The translations under genes and the position numbers were made by a program. A stretch of 64,000 nucleotides of DNA from Octopus sinensis (Eukaryota). Under the pieces are notes generated by a model. That model did no database searches and was not told the origin of the DNA. It saw only the letters and a program-made list of their open reading frames with translations. Location: contig NC_043003.1 of NCBI RefSeq assembly GCF_006345805.1, positions 30,690,001 through 30,754,000 on the forward strand, given 5' to 3'. Below, one piece after another: positions 21,701-34,212 of the stretch (positions are counted from its first letter, which is position 1; each line of letters opens with the position of its first letter).

Positions 21701-24061
21701 AGATGTTGTGTCCTCCGTCTACAGATGTCGTGGTACTGCTACGATATTGTGACGGATAGTTTAGAGACACTGTACCAGTGTAGCAATAGTAAACAAGGTA
21801 ATGATGCAGCCATAATAACAACATAATGATCCAACAATCTCGTCACAAACCAACAATCAGTATTTCAAACAAACTAACCAACTGACACCTTCCAACTTCA
21901 CTGTGAACTCAACTCGAGCTAACACAAATTTTACTCCGACTGCTATTATTTATAATTGCTTGGTCCAGTCTATTTCTCGCTAGAGGGTGTCGTGACTCTC
22001 ATCACAACAGTTATCATCAACAGTGTTTTCTTTACTGTATTATTTCAGTTGCTGAACTCATTGCCTGGGGTCTTGGTAAAGGAGCAGAACATGGTACAGC
22101 GCTTCTTAAGAAAGGGTCTGAACAAATTATTTCTCACATAAGTCCAGCTCAGCGCAAAGCTGTTGATCCAACTGCTCAAAAAAGTGCTGAATATTTAAGA
22201 TATGCAACGCATTCTGCTGTGAGAGTGAGTGGCTATGCCTGTAAGTAATTGTTTGTTTTTTGGTCTTCCTCCTTTTTCAATTTTCTCATCCTACTCTTGT
22301 TTACCCTATATTTCATACTTCACATTTTACCATAACAAGTTTTTATGTTTATTGTGTAAGTTAAACAGAACTGTTATATTGAAGTATGGGATCATATTTT
22401 GGGGAGAGGTCACTCCAGATATGACATACTTTTGCCTGTTCTGTTGTGAATAACGAAAACATCTGGTATGCTGGTTGCTCTTGTTTAAGTGGAAATCATT
22501 GTAAACTTATCAGAAATATAAATTTCTAAATGTCTCAAAGAGACATGAGTGGTGGTGGAGCGATAGAGTGGTTGTATACTGTCAACTTAAGGAAGCGGTC
22601 GATGCTTCCTAGGACTAAACAGCGGTGGTGTAATTCCCATATGGGACTGTCATGTTAAGTTGACAGTATACAACCACTCTATTGTAAACTTAGTAATCCT
22701 GTATTTATTGTTGCTATATAAGCAGTTTGGTCTCCAATTTAACCAACAAAGTTGCTTGATGAGGGAGATTTTGCTGTTGTCTTCAACTGGTCAAACAACA
22801 TTATAGACAAGTTAATGAAGGAGTCTCTGTGTAGTTGTTTGACCTATTAGAAATAGCAGCTAAATCTCCAAAAATTACATTTAGTTGACTTAAAAATAGA
22901 GATATACTGAAAAATGTAGTCGGCATATTTTTTAGTTAGTTAGTTTTATTAGGGTTGATCTGGGCACTAAATAGAAGCAATTTATTGGTTTATGAAAAAA
23001 ATGATCTTTGTTTCCAACATAGAAGTTTTTAACATTTTCCAAAATCCCTTAATCTTGTCACAGTATAAGGGTTGCCAATTTAGCATATTTTATGCTAGAT
23101 CTAGCATTTTTTTTTTTTCAGCATTTAGCAGAAAATCTTTGAATCTAGCATTTAGCAGGGAAAATAGCAGGTTTAAAATTTTATTTAGGATTTTTCTCTG
23201 ATCATGACATTTCCACAATAGCTATCCTTATTTTTCTTCTTTTTCCTTTTCTACTTTTGTTAATGTATCTTATAGCAAAATTGTAGTACTTAGAGCTATT
23301 GCTGAATTTTTCTTTCGCTTTCTTGAAACTTCAAATGAAAGTTTATCAAAAGGAAGTTTATCAAGTTATGAACTTGTCCAGCCCCTACCTCACTGGATTG
23401 GATACAGAGTGGTGCTGGTGGGGAGAGGGGGAGAAGATAACTCATGCATTTCAATAGAAATATGGTAGCAAAAGGGTTAACAGCTTCCTCAGTTTTTCAA
23501 ATACCTTAACCTTAGATTCACACCTGCCCAACTATACCCCAATGATGTAATTCAGCTGATTATTTTCTCAGTTAATTAAAATGTTGTTAAATATTTCATT
23601 TAGTGAGCAAACTTGGTGATGCCACAATGGCTTTTGGTCGTATTCTTGCACCACACTTGAAAGAACAAGGGAAAAAGATTTTACCGAAATCTATTAAAAA
23701 CAGCTCAGAGGCAGCTTCTAATTTTGATGCTGCTATTGAAATTGCTTCAAGTGGTATAAAAGGTATGTGTTCAAATTTTGACATGTTTCTCTTTCATAAA
23801 CGTAACACATTTATGGTTTTATCTTTTACTTGTTTCAGTCATTTGACTGTGGCCATGCTGGGACACCACCTTGAAGGGTTTTAACTGAACAAATCAACCT
23901 CAGGACTTATTTTTCTTTTTAAGCTTGGTACTCATTCTATCGGTCTCTTTTTGCTGATCTGCTAAGTTACGGGAATGTAAACATACCAGCACTGGTCGTC
24001 AAGTGGTGGAGTGGGGGAGGGCACAGACATAAAAACACACACACACACAGATGTGTGTATG

Positions 24062-24104
<43 letters not shown>

Positions 24105-27100
24105 GACAGGCTTCTTTCAGTTTCCATCTATCAAATCCACTCACAAGACTTTGGTCCACTCAGAGCTATAGTAGGAGACACTTGCACAAGGTGCCACACA
24201 GTGGGACTGAACCTGGATCTATGTAGTTGGGAAGCAAGCTTCTTACCAAACAGCCATGCCTGTGTCTTCAACAAATTTTGTTTTTAATATTTAATATGAA
24301 ACAAAATGTATATTTGATTAATAAATAAATTAGATTACTGATTACATGGTATGAGTTGAAACCTTAGTTTTTATCAAGGTTTATCTTCGTTTTTCTTAAT
24401 TGGAAACAAGTTCTATTCTTTTCTGTCTCATTTGAGTTGTTAATCAGTTACTCAGTTGAGTCATTAATCAATTATTTTAGCAAAAATACATCCTAATAAT
24501 TTAAATTTTCTATACTTTAACTCAGCACTGCAAGCAATCTATAATCATTGAAATTTTCACTAGTTCTTCTATAAGGGATCTTGGTCACTTTTGAGGTTTC
24601 AGTTGTTTGCCTAACTGAACTTCTTGGCCTTTTCAATTAGCATATAATTGGTTGAGTATTTTATAAATGCATACCTTTTATGTAATTCTCAGGTGCAATC
24701 AGCATGTACCATTTTAATTACAGGTACAGTTCATTTGGCAGGTTTCTATATGATTTCTCACTACCCAGGTCAACTTGAGGCTGTAGAAAATAGCATTTGC
24801 TCAAGTGTTAAGCAGTGGGATTGAACCTGAGACTTTGTGTTTACAAAGTGAACTTCTTAACCCATTCAGCCATAGTATGCTTGTCAAGTACTCTTATAGG
24901 CATATATATATATAGTGATGACAAACCACTTCATGACTCAGGAGTTCAGAGTTTTGTTGTTGAACCTGGGCTCTGGGTGTCATTATTTGCTGCTACATTG
25001 TCAGGTTTGCAACAGTTCATCACATAATATGGTCATCACAATCAATGATAATCCTTTTATTTGTTCTGGAATTTCACTCTTCACTAGAATTTTCTTTTCA
25101 TTGCATTTTTCTAGCATACACATTAACATAATATATAGTGTAAACATTCAAATATCATCACTATCTTTCCAAATCCTACTGCATTTCACATGAAATTTTC
25201 GGTCCTCTAAAGTCACCTTCGTGTATAAGTCAACCTATCTTTATTTTGATCTGAAAAATGTGAATGGTACAACTTCCAAGAGTTTCTCTGTCTCTTTCTC
25301 TGTACCTTTGTTCTTCTTTTCTCCATCTTTCTTTCTCTCAACCAGTTTACTGTTCTTGACTCCCTTCTCTTCATTATTTCAGGTTTTAGCACTGTCTACG
25401 TAGGCTTAGAGGCTGCAGCTAAATTCCTTGCCAGAGGCCTTGCTAATGAGACTGTCCACATTGTAAATCACAAGTAAGTTCAATACTGATTTTACAATAT
25501 ATGTCACAATTTTGTATTCTTATTATTTGACAATGTATAAATATCACAATACCTGTCACTTTTAGGCAAGAGGGTAAATATTATTTTTATAATGGTGTAA
25601 TCTTATAATGTCTGGGGCACCATCTTCAAGGGTTTAGTGAAATATACTGACTCCAGTATATTTCTGTCAATCTTTTACTGAACTGCTAAGTTATGAGAAC
25701 CTAGACAAACCAATACTGGTTGTTAAGCAATGGAGAATGGGGATGTGTTTACAGATACACACACATACACTCATATACAATGGGCTTCCACACAGTTTCC
25801 GTCTAACAAGTTCACTCGCAAGGCATTGGTCAACCTACTATGGTAGAAGACACTTGCCCAAGGTTCTGTGCAGTTGGATTGAATCCAATATCGTGTGGTT
25901 ACAAAACAAACCTCTTAACTACACACCAATGTCTGTGCCTATCAGTATTCATTTTTGCTAGCTTCAGTCATTGGACTGTGGCCATGATGGGGTTATTACC
26001 TTCAATGGTTCTATTGACCCCAGTATTTATTTCCCATCTGCTACATATTCTTTTTTTTTCTTTTATTCTTTTACTTGTTTCAGTCATTTGACTGTGGCCT
26101 TGCTGGAGCACCGCCTTTAGTCGAGCAAATCGACCCCAGGACTTATTCTTTTTGTAAGCCTAGTACTTATTCTATCGGTCTCTCTTTTGCCGAACCACCA
26201 AGTTACGGGGGCGTAAACACACCCACATCGGTTGTCAAGCGATGTTAGGGGGACAAACACAGACACGCAAACACACACATATATACATATACACGACAGG
26301 CTTCTTTCAATTTCCATCTACCAAATCCACTCACAAGGCTTTGGTCAGCCCGAGGCTATAGTAGAAGACACTTGCCCAAGGTGTCACACAGTGGGACTGA
26401 ACCTGGAACCATGTGGCTGGTAAGCAAGCTACTTACCACACAGCCACTCCTGTGCCTATATTAATAATTTCTATGTATTGAGCTGCAAAATTACAAATCT
26501 GACTTGAAGGGATGCAGCTCAACTTACTGGTTTTCACCAGTATACATAAACCCAAACACACACACACACTGCATCACCACTACCACCATCATCATTCATT
26601 TGTTTTTCCATACTTCTCTGAGTTGAATGGGATTTCTCCCCTCTTTCTGCTTATTATAGTCCTTTGTCATGTCCTTCTTGAGGTTAGGCATCTCAGGAAT
26701 AAGTTTCATCACTTCTTCCATGTCTTCCTCAATTTTCCTCTTCTGCAGATTCCTTCCACTTGGTTTCTTTGGCATTTCTTTACCCAAAAGTCTCCCTTCA
26801 TACATGTCACATGTCCAAAACAGCACACTCTTCTTTTGCATTCTATTACTGATTCTCTTTATGCTCTGCTTTTCTTTCAGCTTATTTGTACTCAGTCATC
26901 CATACACATTAACGTTGCACATCCAGAGGTGCATGCTTGTCTGTTTCTTTCCAGCCTTTCCTCTTTCTCTGCATTCAATGTCCATGTCTTGCTATCCTGC
27001 AAAATAACACATTTTGTACTCAGACATCATACAGTCTTCCATTCATTTGGAGTGAGGCTACTTTGTTAGATCACAATGAAAACAGTGAAAGCAGTACATT

Positions 27101-30100
27101 TTTATATATCGTAATTGGGCCTGGACAGCAGCTTGGCAACAATATCTCCTGAATATAAATAGAAAAATCAAGTCAATTTTACATGATTTTGTAGATATGA
27201 AGAGTATTGCACATCTTGATAAGATTATTAGAAATAAGGAAGCATGGCACATGTTGTGTAGAGAGTCCTTCAGTTTGAAAGTTGTTCCTGTAAAACAAAG
27301 GGAGGGATTGTGTGCTATTTTTCTATCTAAAAATTACATGCATTGGTATATTATCTATTACCTGATTGTCTGATTGCTGTTGGAGTTCTCAGTGATGATC
27401 CTAATTAATTAAAGAAGGGGAAATTTAGCTGTGGCTTTTGCTAATAGTTTAATAGGGTTACGTCAGTGATATAAAACTGTATAGAGTTAGTGTTAAGTGC
27501 CTGAAAGTTACTGATATTGCTGATATAAGTTCAATTGTGCATACTTATGATATGTAGCTAGTTGGTCAAATGACCAGGTATGATTGGTAGTTCTAGAGTT
27601 ATCACATCTCTTAACTGAAGATGTGTTGCTTATATTAACATGTAGTGGTTATGTGTATATGAAATAGCATTACAATTTGGGTGTATTGTACTCTCTCCAC
27701 TGCACTATCTGAATGTATGTAGATTTGGGTGGTAGCCATGAGGAGGTTGGCAAGGTCAGCTGGGCTCAAAAGAGATAGTTGTTACTCATGTTATTGGTGC
27801 TGTGCATGCCAGCACAGTGATTTGGGACATACATTATACCATTCCACCTGACCTGTGAAATGAAGGAAAATATTTCATCTGTCTATACTCAATCTCCTCC
27901 CTCTACCACAACCTGTCTCTCACTACAGATGATTGTAGTGGATCTTTGTCCATTTGTATTTGCTAATTCTTCATCTGCTGCTTCTCTTGCTTATTCAGTA
28001 CTCTCTCATCTCTCTACCCACCCCCATTCACTGTTCTGTATGACTTGTGAAATGCAAGAAAGCATTAAATTTGTCCATATTCAATCCCTTCCTTCTACTA
28101 CCATCTGTATCTTGTTACTCCTCCTCTTCCTGAATCCCAGTGCTCGGATAACTAAGGGTTGAAGCAGATCTTTTGGTACCCATTACACCCTTTCCCCTAC
28201 CCTTATCTACTGCTTTTCAGTACTCCTTCTCAGATCATACTTTTACTAACATCATCTGCTCTCTCATCAGCTAGCCTCCACCTTCTTTCCTCTCTATTGG
28301 CCTGAATTATGCAGATTGCATGAGATCTGATGGAAACTGATTCATCTCACTCTCTTTCTCCTACCAACATACATGTACTGTATGCTATGATTTGCCTTAA
28401 GGCATCTCTTTATTGATATCTCTCATTCTCTTCTCTATTGCTTTTCACCATTTACTCTCCTCCAGCTCACTTATTATGGACATCTATCATATTCTTTTAA
28501 TCATTTATTCTTACTTTGTCTATGACTGTCCTTCATTTGCTCTCGAAGCACCCACTGTAGTTATTGCCAATCATTACACCCTGCTATTACCATCACCCTG
28601 CCGTTACTATTCCTTCTCATCACTTCTAACACTGTATATCCTGTTTCTCACTCACCCTGTCTGTCACATGATCACTCTGTCTCCTCCCTTCAAATTCCTC
28701 CCCTCCCACTTTGATTCACCTTCTGCACTCACCCTCTACTCTACCTGCTGAATTGATCATGAAATTGTACTGAATGCACCACATACAGTGGGGAGGATCC
28801 CTTTTGTTTTCCAGGCTACCCAGCAACTTCACTAATGCTGCTGCTATAATAAAATGTACCTAATATGCTTTGTAATATAATTGGTGAACAAGCAGAGCCC
28901 ATATATAGGGTTGAGAGGACCATTTAGTCCTGTTTTGCCAAGTGCATGATGAATTCTCTTGTATTGATTTCTTGATAAACTGCCCCTGAAACACTTTGTA
29001 AAGTAGTTGGTGGTAGATAAGGCATTCAGATGCAGAAACCATATTAAATAATATGTTGTGCAAGTCATGGCTCACCAATCCTCACACTATTACAACTGTC
29101 CCATGGAATGCAGGTGTAAAATGATGAGGATGATGACAATGCACTTTTGGTATACCGTAAATCCTCGAGTATAATCCGCATTTTTTTCCTAAAATTTAAA
29201 GGTCAAAATCCCTAGTGCGAACTATATACGAGGTTAAAAATGGAAAATATTTTCTAAGCAATGTCTGAGTCTCTATTTGCTGTCCGGCAATGATTATTCA
29301 GACACATTTTGTGATGTCAGGCGCGAAAATACCTTAAGCTAAGCCTGCAATGAAGTCATAAAAGAATAATCCATAACTTGCAGTAAGCAACATTTATTAA
29401 ACATTATTACTGTTATTTCTTTATTTTCTGCAAACAAAATGCACAAAAAAGCTACATATTTGCATTATGTTATATGTACAATAATAATAAAGGATGTTAC
29501 CATATACTTTTTTACAAACCAAGGACGTTATATAGACCTCCTTGACTCAAGTTAGAGATGGGGTGCGTATTATACACAAGGTTTAGGTTTTTCAGAGGTA
29601 CAGCCCCCTAAAAATCCCCTGCGTATTATACTCAAGGGCGAACTATACTTGAGGATTTACGGTAACTATTATTTTGGTGTATACTTTTACATGCTTAAGT
29701 TTTTCAAACTTTACAATTTTAAGATCATTTGCTTTGGGAAATTTGAAAAAAAAAGTCTCAGAATATGTTTGTTATAAAGTTATTAACTCGCAGGTATGAC
29801 AGTGTAGTTAAGAAGTATATAAATTGTTGTTGTGGATCCTCTACCTCCAAAAACAAAAACAATGCATTTGAATGAAATTACTTTGTGATATTTGTTCCAC
29901 CTGAGTTGCTCAAAAGCTCTTGTCCTAACCAATGACACTATTGTTCTCAAAAAATTACAGAATAAAAATGTCACCTGATTGCTTTGTTAAATATTAAGAG
30001 TTTTATCAAAACTAATTGCTCCTTAATTTTATGTTTCTCTTTATTCTTTGACCAGGTATGGAACTGATATGGCAAAAACAACAGAGGACACGTTATATTC

Positions 30101-30287
30101 AGTTGGCAACGTTGCTATGACAACTAATAATGTAACTAACTTTGGTGCGAAAGCCCTTGCCAAAAGAGTGGTGAAGGATGCTGGTAAAGCTGTCATCATA
30201 GAACACAGTGAAAAATCTATGAGCAATCCAGGGTCAGACACTGATAGTGATGCTAAGTCACCATCCCATGAGATAACCAAAAAGTAA
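14395..30287 (+). CDS. SPART: Spartin (SPG20) gene, six coding exons, 1611 nt, 536 aa
   Basis: join(14395..15130,20168..20368,22049..22240,23604..23762,25383..25473,30056..30287) is a multiple of 3, has all GT-AG introns with matching phases, and gives MIT, PPxY and senescence-domain sequence collinear with vertebrate spartin. Confidence 0.95.
15860..16140 (-). mobile_element. Degenerate RTE 3'-end fragment in spartin intron 1
   Basis: CATCATCAACATTTAATGTCTGTTTTCTATGCTGGC...GGCTGGATGCCCTTCCTAATGCCAACCACTCC plus eroded GGCACCAGCAC monomers. Confidence 0.7.
19395..19590 (+). mobile_element. RTE 3'-end copy with (GAC)n tail variant
   Basis: GGCACGTAAAAGCACCCACTACACTCACGGAGTGGTTGGCGTTAGG...CATGCTAGCATGGAAAGCGAACGCTAAAC(GAC)n; close to 4700-4880. 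Confidence 0.88.
19680..19895 (+). mobile_element. tRNA-derived SINE, family A
   Basis: AGCTGGCAGAAT head, GAGTTCGAAATC B-box, GTACCAGTTGAGTACTGGGGTCAATGTAATTGAC body, CTTGTGCC tail. Confidence 0.75.
20168..20368 (+). CDS. SPART: Spartin coding exon 2
   Basis: tttctag|GC gives (G)CSVGLILPKSLSPEEKKEFEDLL...KVAKGIEK, like vertebrate GCFVGVVL...ELFEDLL. Donor AAG|GTTTGG. Confidence 0.9.
20811..21335. mobile_element. Divergent pair of tRNA-derived SINEs: 20811-21012 (-) and 21031-21335 (+)
   Basis: Both have a GGC(T/C)(T/C)AGTGGTTAGGG tRNA-like head and share the tail ATGGACTGGCATCCCATCCAGCTGGG...GGAAACC(A/G)GGCCCA. Confidence 0.8.
22049..22240 (+). CDS. SPART: Spartin coding exon 3 (start of senescence domain)
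   Basis: atttcag|TT gives VAELIAWGLGKGAEHGTALLKKGSEQ...ATHSAVRVSGYA. Donor T|GTAAGT. Confidence 0.93.
22560..22685. mobile_element. Small fold-back/MITE-like element in spartin intron 3
   Basis: Perfect 28-bp inverted repeat ATAGAGTGGTTGTATACTGTCAACTTAA (22563-22590 / 22655-22682) around internal hairpins. Superfamily unresolved. Confidence 0.7.
23604..23762 (+). CDS. SPART: Spartin coding exon 4
   Basis: catttag|TG gives LSKLGDATMAFGRILAPHLKEQGKKILPKSIK...IASSGIK. Donor AAG|GTATGT. Confidence 0.93.
23815..24265 (-). mobile_element. Family-B SINE in spartin intron 4
   Basis: Reverse complement of the 10617 consensus, with an internal (TA)n tract. Confidence 0.8.
25383..25473 (+). CDS. SPART: Spartin coding exon 5
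   Basis: atttcag|GT gives GFSTVYVGLEAAAKFLARGLANETVHIVNH, like vertebrate GFSTVWQGLECAAK. Donor AA|GTAAGT. Confidence 0.93.
26062..26457 (-). mobile_element. Full-length family-B SINE in spartin intron 5
   Basis: Near-consensus reverse complement of 10617-11013. Confidence 0.88.
26580..27050 (-). pseudogene. Decayed RTE ORF C-terminal fragment
   Basis: Minus frames give SKTWTLNAEKEERLERN and LFWTCDMYEGRLLGKEM...NLKKDMTKD, collinear with SETWAVTAEDMRKLARN...GLTKEMTEDR of ORF 2-2350. Confidence 0.7.
29155..29662. mobile_element. pogo/Tc1-mariner-type MITE (508 bp)
   Basis: TA|CCGTAAATCCTCGAGTATA...TATACTTGAGGATTTACGG|TA: 18/19 TIR match, TA TSD, subterminal TGCGTATTATAC-like repeats. Confidence 0.85.
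30056..30287 (+). CDS. SPART: Spartin coding exon 6 (terminal)
   Basis: ttctttgaccag|G gives KYGTDMAKTTEDTLYSVGNVAMTTNNVTNFGAKALAKR...EITKK, stop TAA at 30285-30287. Confidence 0.93.
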
Positions 30288-30888
30288 CCACTTCAGTAGC
30301 GCTTGTTTAGAATATTCAATTGTTTTAATAAGTTTTGAAAGAGAGAGAGAGAGTGAGAACTGTATATAACTAAGCACACCCGGACACACTAACACTCTCC
30401 CTCTATTTGATTCCTTTTTTCTTTCTGTTTATCTATCTTTCTATTTATTTTACAGGCCTCGTCTATTGACTGACACTAACACACAAATGTGCTTCCATAT
30501 ACAAAGCAGCCACCCTTTAATGCAAACACATGGACACATACATACACACACATTCAATTACTGAGATTTCTGTATGCTTTTGGTTCTTAAATTGTACCAA
30601 TTACTGGAGCTTCTATATAGCTGTTTGACTTGTTGAAAATAGCAGCCAAATCTCCCACAAATTAGACCCTATTGTCTTTAAAAATATAATAAAAGAAAAG
30701 GACACATTAGATAATGTAGTCCTAAACACATCAAGATGACATCATGGTTAGAATGCCTAGAATCATAATTATGCTTGATCGGGGCTTACCCAGGGCTAAA
30801 ACATCAACTGGTTTCAATGGTTCTTCTGGTGTTTTTAAAGGATCATGTTGTCATTATAATCACACACCTGTTTATATATTGGACATGC

Positions 30889-30919
<31 letters not shown>

Positions 30920-31020
30920 TGTATGTATGTATGTATGTATGTATGTATGCATGTATGCATGTATGTATATGTATGTATGTATGTGTGTGTGTGTATATAT
31001 GTGTATATATGTGTACCCTT

Positions 31021-31097
31021 GCTAGCATGGAAAACGGATGTTAAACCATGATGATGATCATCATCATCATCGTTTAACGTCCACTTTCCATGCTAGC
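31021..31097. repeat. Tail-to-tail inverted pair of RTE 3' ends (palindrome)
   Basis: GCTAGCATGGAAAACGGATGTTAAACC(ATG)n fused directly to (ATC)nGTTTAACGTCCACTTTCCATGCTAGC. Confidence 0.9.
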
Positions 31098-31438
31098 ATG
31101 GGTTGGATGATTTGACTGTATATGTATATTTATGCTCCAACATTGCACTCGTTGTGATGGTGGAAACTAACTAGAGAACAACAAAAAAAAGGTGTTTTCT
31201 ATGTGTATATTTGGGTGTGTATGTGCATGTATGTATTTATGAATGTATATCTGGGTATGTATAAAGTACCTATCTCTATTTTATTCTTTAAATTTCCACA
31301 ATAAAGAATTAGCCAGCCTCAGTCTTGGAAGCAATTCTCTTTGTTGGAATTTAGACTATGGGATTGCACCTTAAAAGAAGATGTGTAAGCCAGTTTGTTG
31401 GCTGGTTGTATCCTGTTGCATTCTGCCTAACTAATATA

Positions 31439-31642
31439 CAAGGGGGTGCTGCAAAGTTCCTGGCTTTAAGGGTATCACAAAAGGCTTGATTGCTGGCCCA
31501 ACCTTCCGAGTTCTTTCACAGAGCTTAGAAAATCTGAAGGACCATTGAATCTGAGAAAGGAATATGTTGAATAAAATCATAATTAACTAATCCTCCTGTA
31601 TTTTCTTTTACCCAAAGCTAGGAACTTTTCAGCACCCCCTTG
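31439..31642. mobile_element. mariner-type MITE (204 bp)
   Basis: TA|CAAGGGGGTGCTGCAAAGTTCCTGGCTTT...AAAGCTAGGAACTTTTCAGCACCCCCTTG|TA: 27/29 TIR match, TA TSD. Confidence 0.88.
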
Positions 31643-33017
31643 TATATCGTTAGTTTCACTACAGTATTACATTTAAGTGGTTAGCACTAGGAATCATCAT
31701 TCTGTACCTTCTTTACCAAACAAATTTATGGTAGGACCAACACGCCACCTATTTTAACACTATCACTATCACCATTTAGCCCTTGGGTACTTTTAGCAGA
31801 GTTTATTCCCTACCAAGCATTTAGATAAAACCCTATGTTAATCATGCAGATAAAGTGGCTGGTTATTGACCACACCAGAAGAACTTTCAAAGGTCTAGGC
31901 TCTGCTCAACTTCCCTGGCTAATTTCATATGTATGTATGTATATGTATTGGGTTGATATTATTTGAAAATGCTGCTTGGTTTAAAAACCACCTCTTGGTG
32001 GACCCTGGGTGCCTTTACTGGAGTTCATTCTGCTATTGTCAACATTCAAACTCTTCCATTGGTTTTTCTTCCCTACCCACCACTATCTCTCCTTGCATAA
32101 AATAATCAGTCTAGTTATCAGCCACCTCAATCTCACCAGTCAGGGAAGGTGCCTGAAAAGAATGTGAGTTTGATTTCTTTGCTATAGTTTCTTAAAATAA
32201 GTTAATCAATGATATGCAAATATTTCAAATTTTTCAATGTTTAAAAAGAAACAACAGAAAAAAAACCCACTAAAATCTTTATGATTTAATCTTTTTCATT
32301 TCTTTGCTTGGTGTTTATTATTATTTTACTTGCATTTATTTATTTATTTTTCTCTGAAGACTTTTCACTTTTATCAATTTGAAATGTCAAACTAAGATCT
32401 AAAACAAAAAAAATTGCAAAATTCATAACCAAAGAAAAAACTGTAGAAATTCAAAAGAAGTAAAAAAAATATAAATAAATAACTATTTGGGTATATTTAG
32501 TGTGAAAATAGCCCCAATTTTTGGAAAATGGTTAGGAATATAACCTTAAAAAAATCATCAGTTGGTAAGATCTTTTCCTGTAGAATATATTTTTGAAGGA
32601 ATTGACTAATCAACATTTGAGTATTACAAGAATTCTCAGTTAGAAAGGAAAAGAACTTCTATTTCATTACACTACTTTTATTATTTCTAGATTTCTTATT
32701 AAGGAGCTTTTTTTGATTAAGGAGTGGAGGAAAAGGACCCATTTTACAGTCAAGAAACTCTTATGAAACCATATCAACCATTCTTTATTTTGTCTGATCT
32801 AGCTTGATCTTGTTTGTCAGGGAGCTGTTATTTGTTATTCTATATACCACATGATATGGATGCATTTATATGTGTGTGTGTGTACTACGGTCCTGTGTAG
32901 TTGAATCTGACTTCTGGTGCCTCCGTGGAATATCCACGTCCACATGGCTTTCCTGATACATTATGGAAGTAGTTTATTATTATCCTCTTCTGGAGTTCAA
33001 TATATTTTCCCAGATGA

Positions 33018-33050
<33 letters not shown>

Positions 33051-34181
33051 CAGATACACAGGCACAGTATAATTTGCGATACACACACTCACGCACACAC
33101 CCACTATAATTTGAGAAACTAGATTTTTCACAGAGTGCTTTGCATGCTCTATGCAGAAGTGGTGTTCCTCCTAGTGCTCTATATCAAATTAATTAATGTC
33201 ATCCAGAAGTCTGATGATTGATGTTCAGTTTTTAAGACTGGATATTATGAAACTTTAAGTGACCAGATGATTTGAGAAGTTTTGGTAATACACAAATAGG
33301 TGTGTATGTGTATATATTTGTATATATGTATGTATATGTGTGTGTGTGTGCGTGTACACACATACTGTTTCAATTGTAGTTTGTTATATATTAATATTAT
33401 TGATTTTTGTTACAAATGAATTTTGAAATTTCCTGAAAATCAAATTTATTTGCATTTGTTGAAAATAATTTTTGTGGGTTGGAAATGGAAAGAGTGGGCT
33501 GGTTACTTTTTCATTAATATTATTACTATCATTATTGCTAGTGGTGTTATCAGTGTCATCCTAAACTGTGACTTTTATATATAATCTATAATTGAAAGGT
33601 GAGTGAAATAATATTGACGATTTGATCCAATGATCAGAACTGATTGTTTGACCTGATAACTTGATCTTGTGATGTGACCTAACCTGATGTGATGATTTTC
33701 ACATAAGGAATTAGTCTCATGTTGCTTTTAAAATTTCCTAGAGTCAGTTTGTAGTGGAAAATGTTTGATAGAGTGCCAACCTACTATTCAAAAGAATTGT
33801 TGAATGTTTGTATTCTATCACTTCAATTCTGTTGTTTTGTGTCCTTGGTAAAGACATTCAACAATAAATAGGACTGTTCTACTTTATTGTAAATAGATGG
33901 CATTGTGAGGTGTAGTTTATGGCTGTCAGAAAATAAGCAAGACCATTATAAAAGCTATGAGCCTTTTGTTAATTTTCAGTACTAAGTTCAGCTCATCTTC
34001 ATGTTGCAAAATATGTGAGAGCCTGGTGTTCCAATACATAGGGAAAAAAAGAAAGGCAGAATTTATCTCAACTTGTTGACAGTTTAAAAACTAGTGATAA
34101 CCACTGGTATACTGTGACACTTTTTGGTAAAATGACAGTGAATAAAAGGAAATATGTGATTATATATTTCCATACATATAA

Positions 34182-34212
<31 letters not shown>

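Noticed and set aside
21726-21960. Possible solo LTR (minus strand ends ...CACGACA, TATAAATA-like box)
   Set aside because: No second LTR, PBS/PPT or TSD could be identified.
21956-22141. ORF-track product MLGPVYF...
   Set aside because: Wrong frame over spartin exon 3; the homologous reading is AELIAWGLGKGAE.
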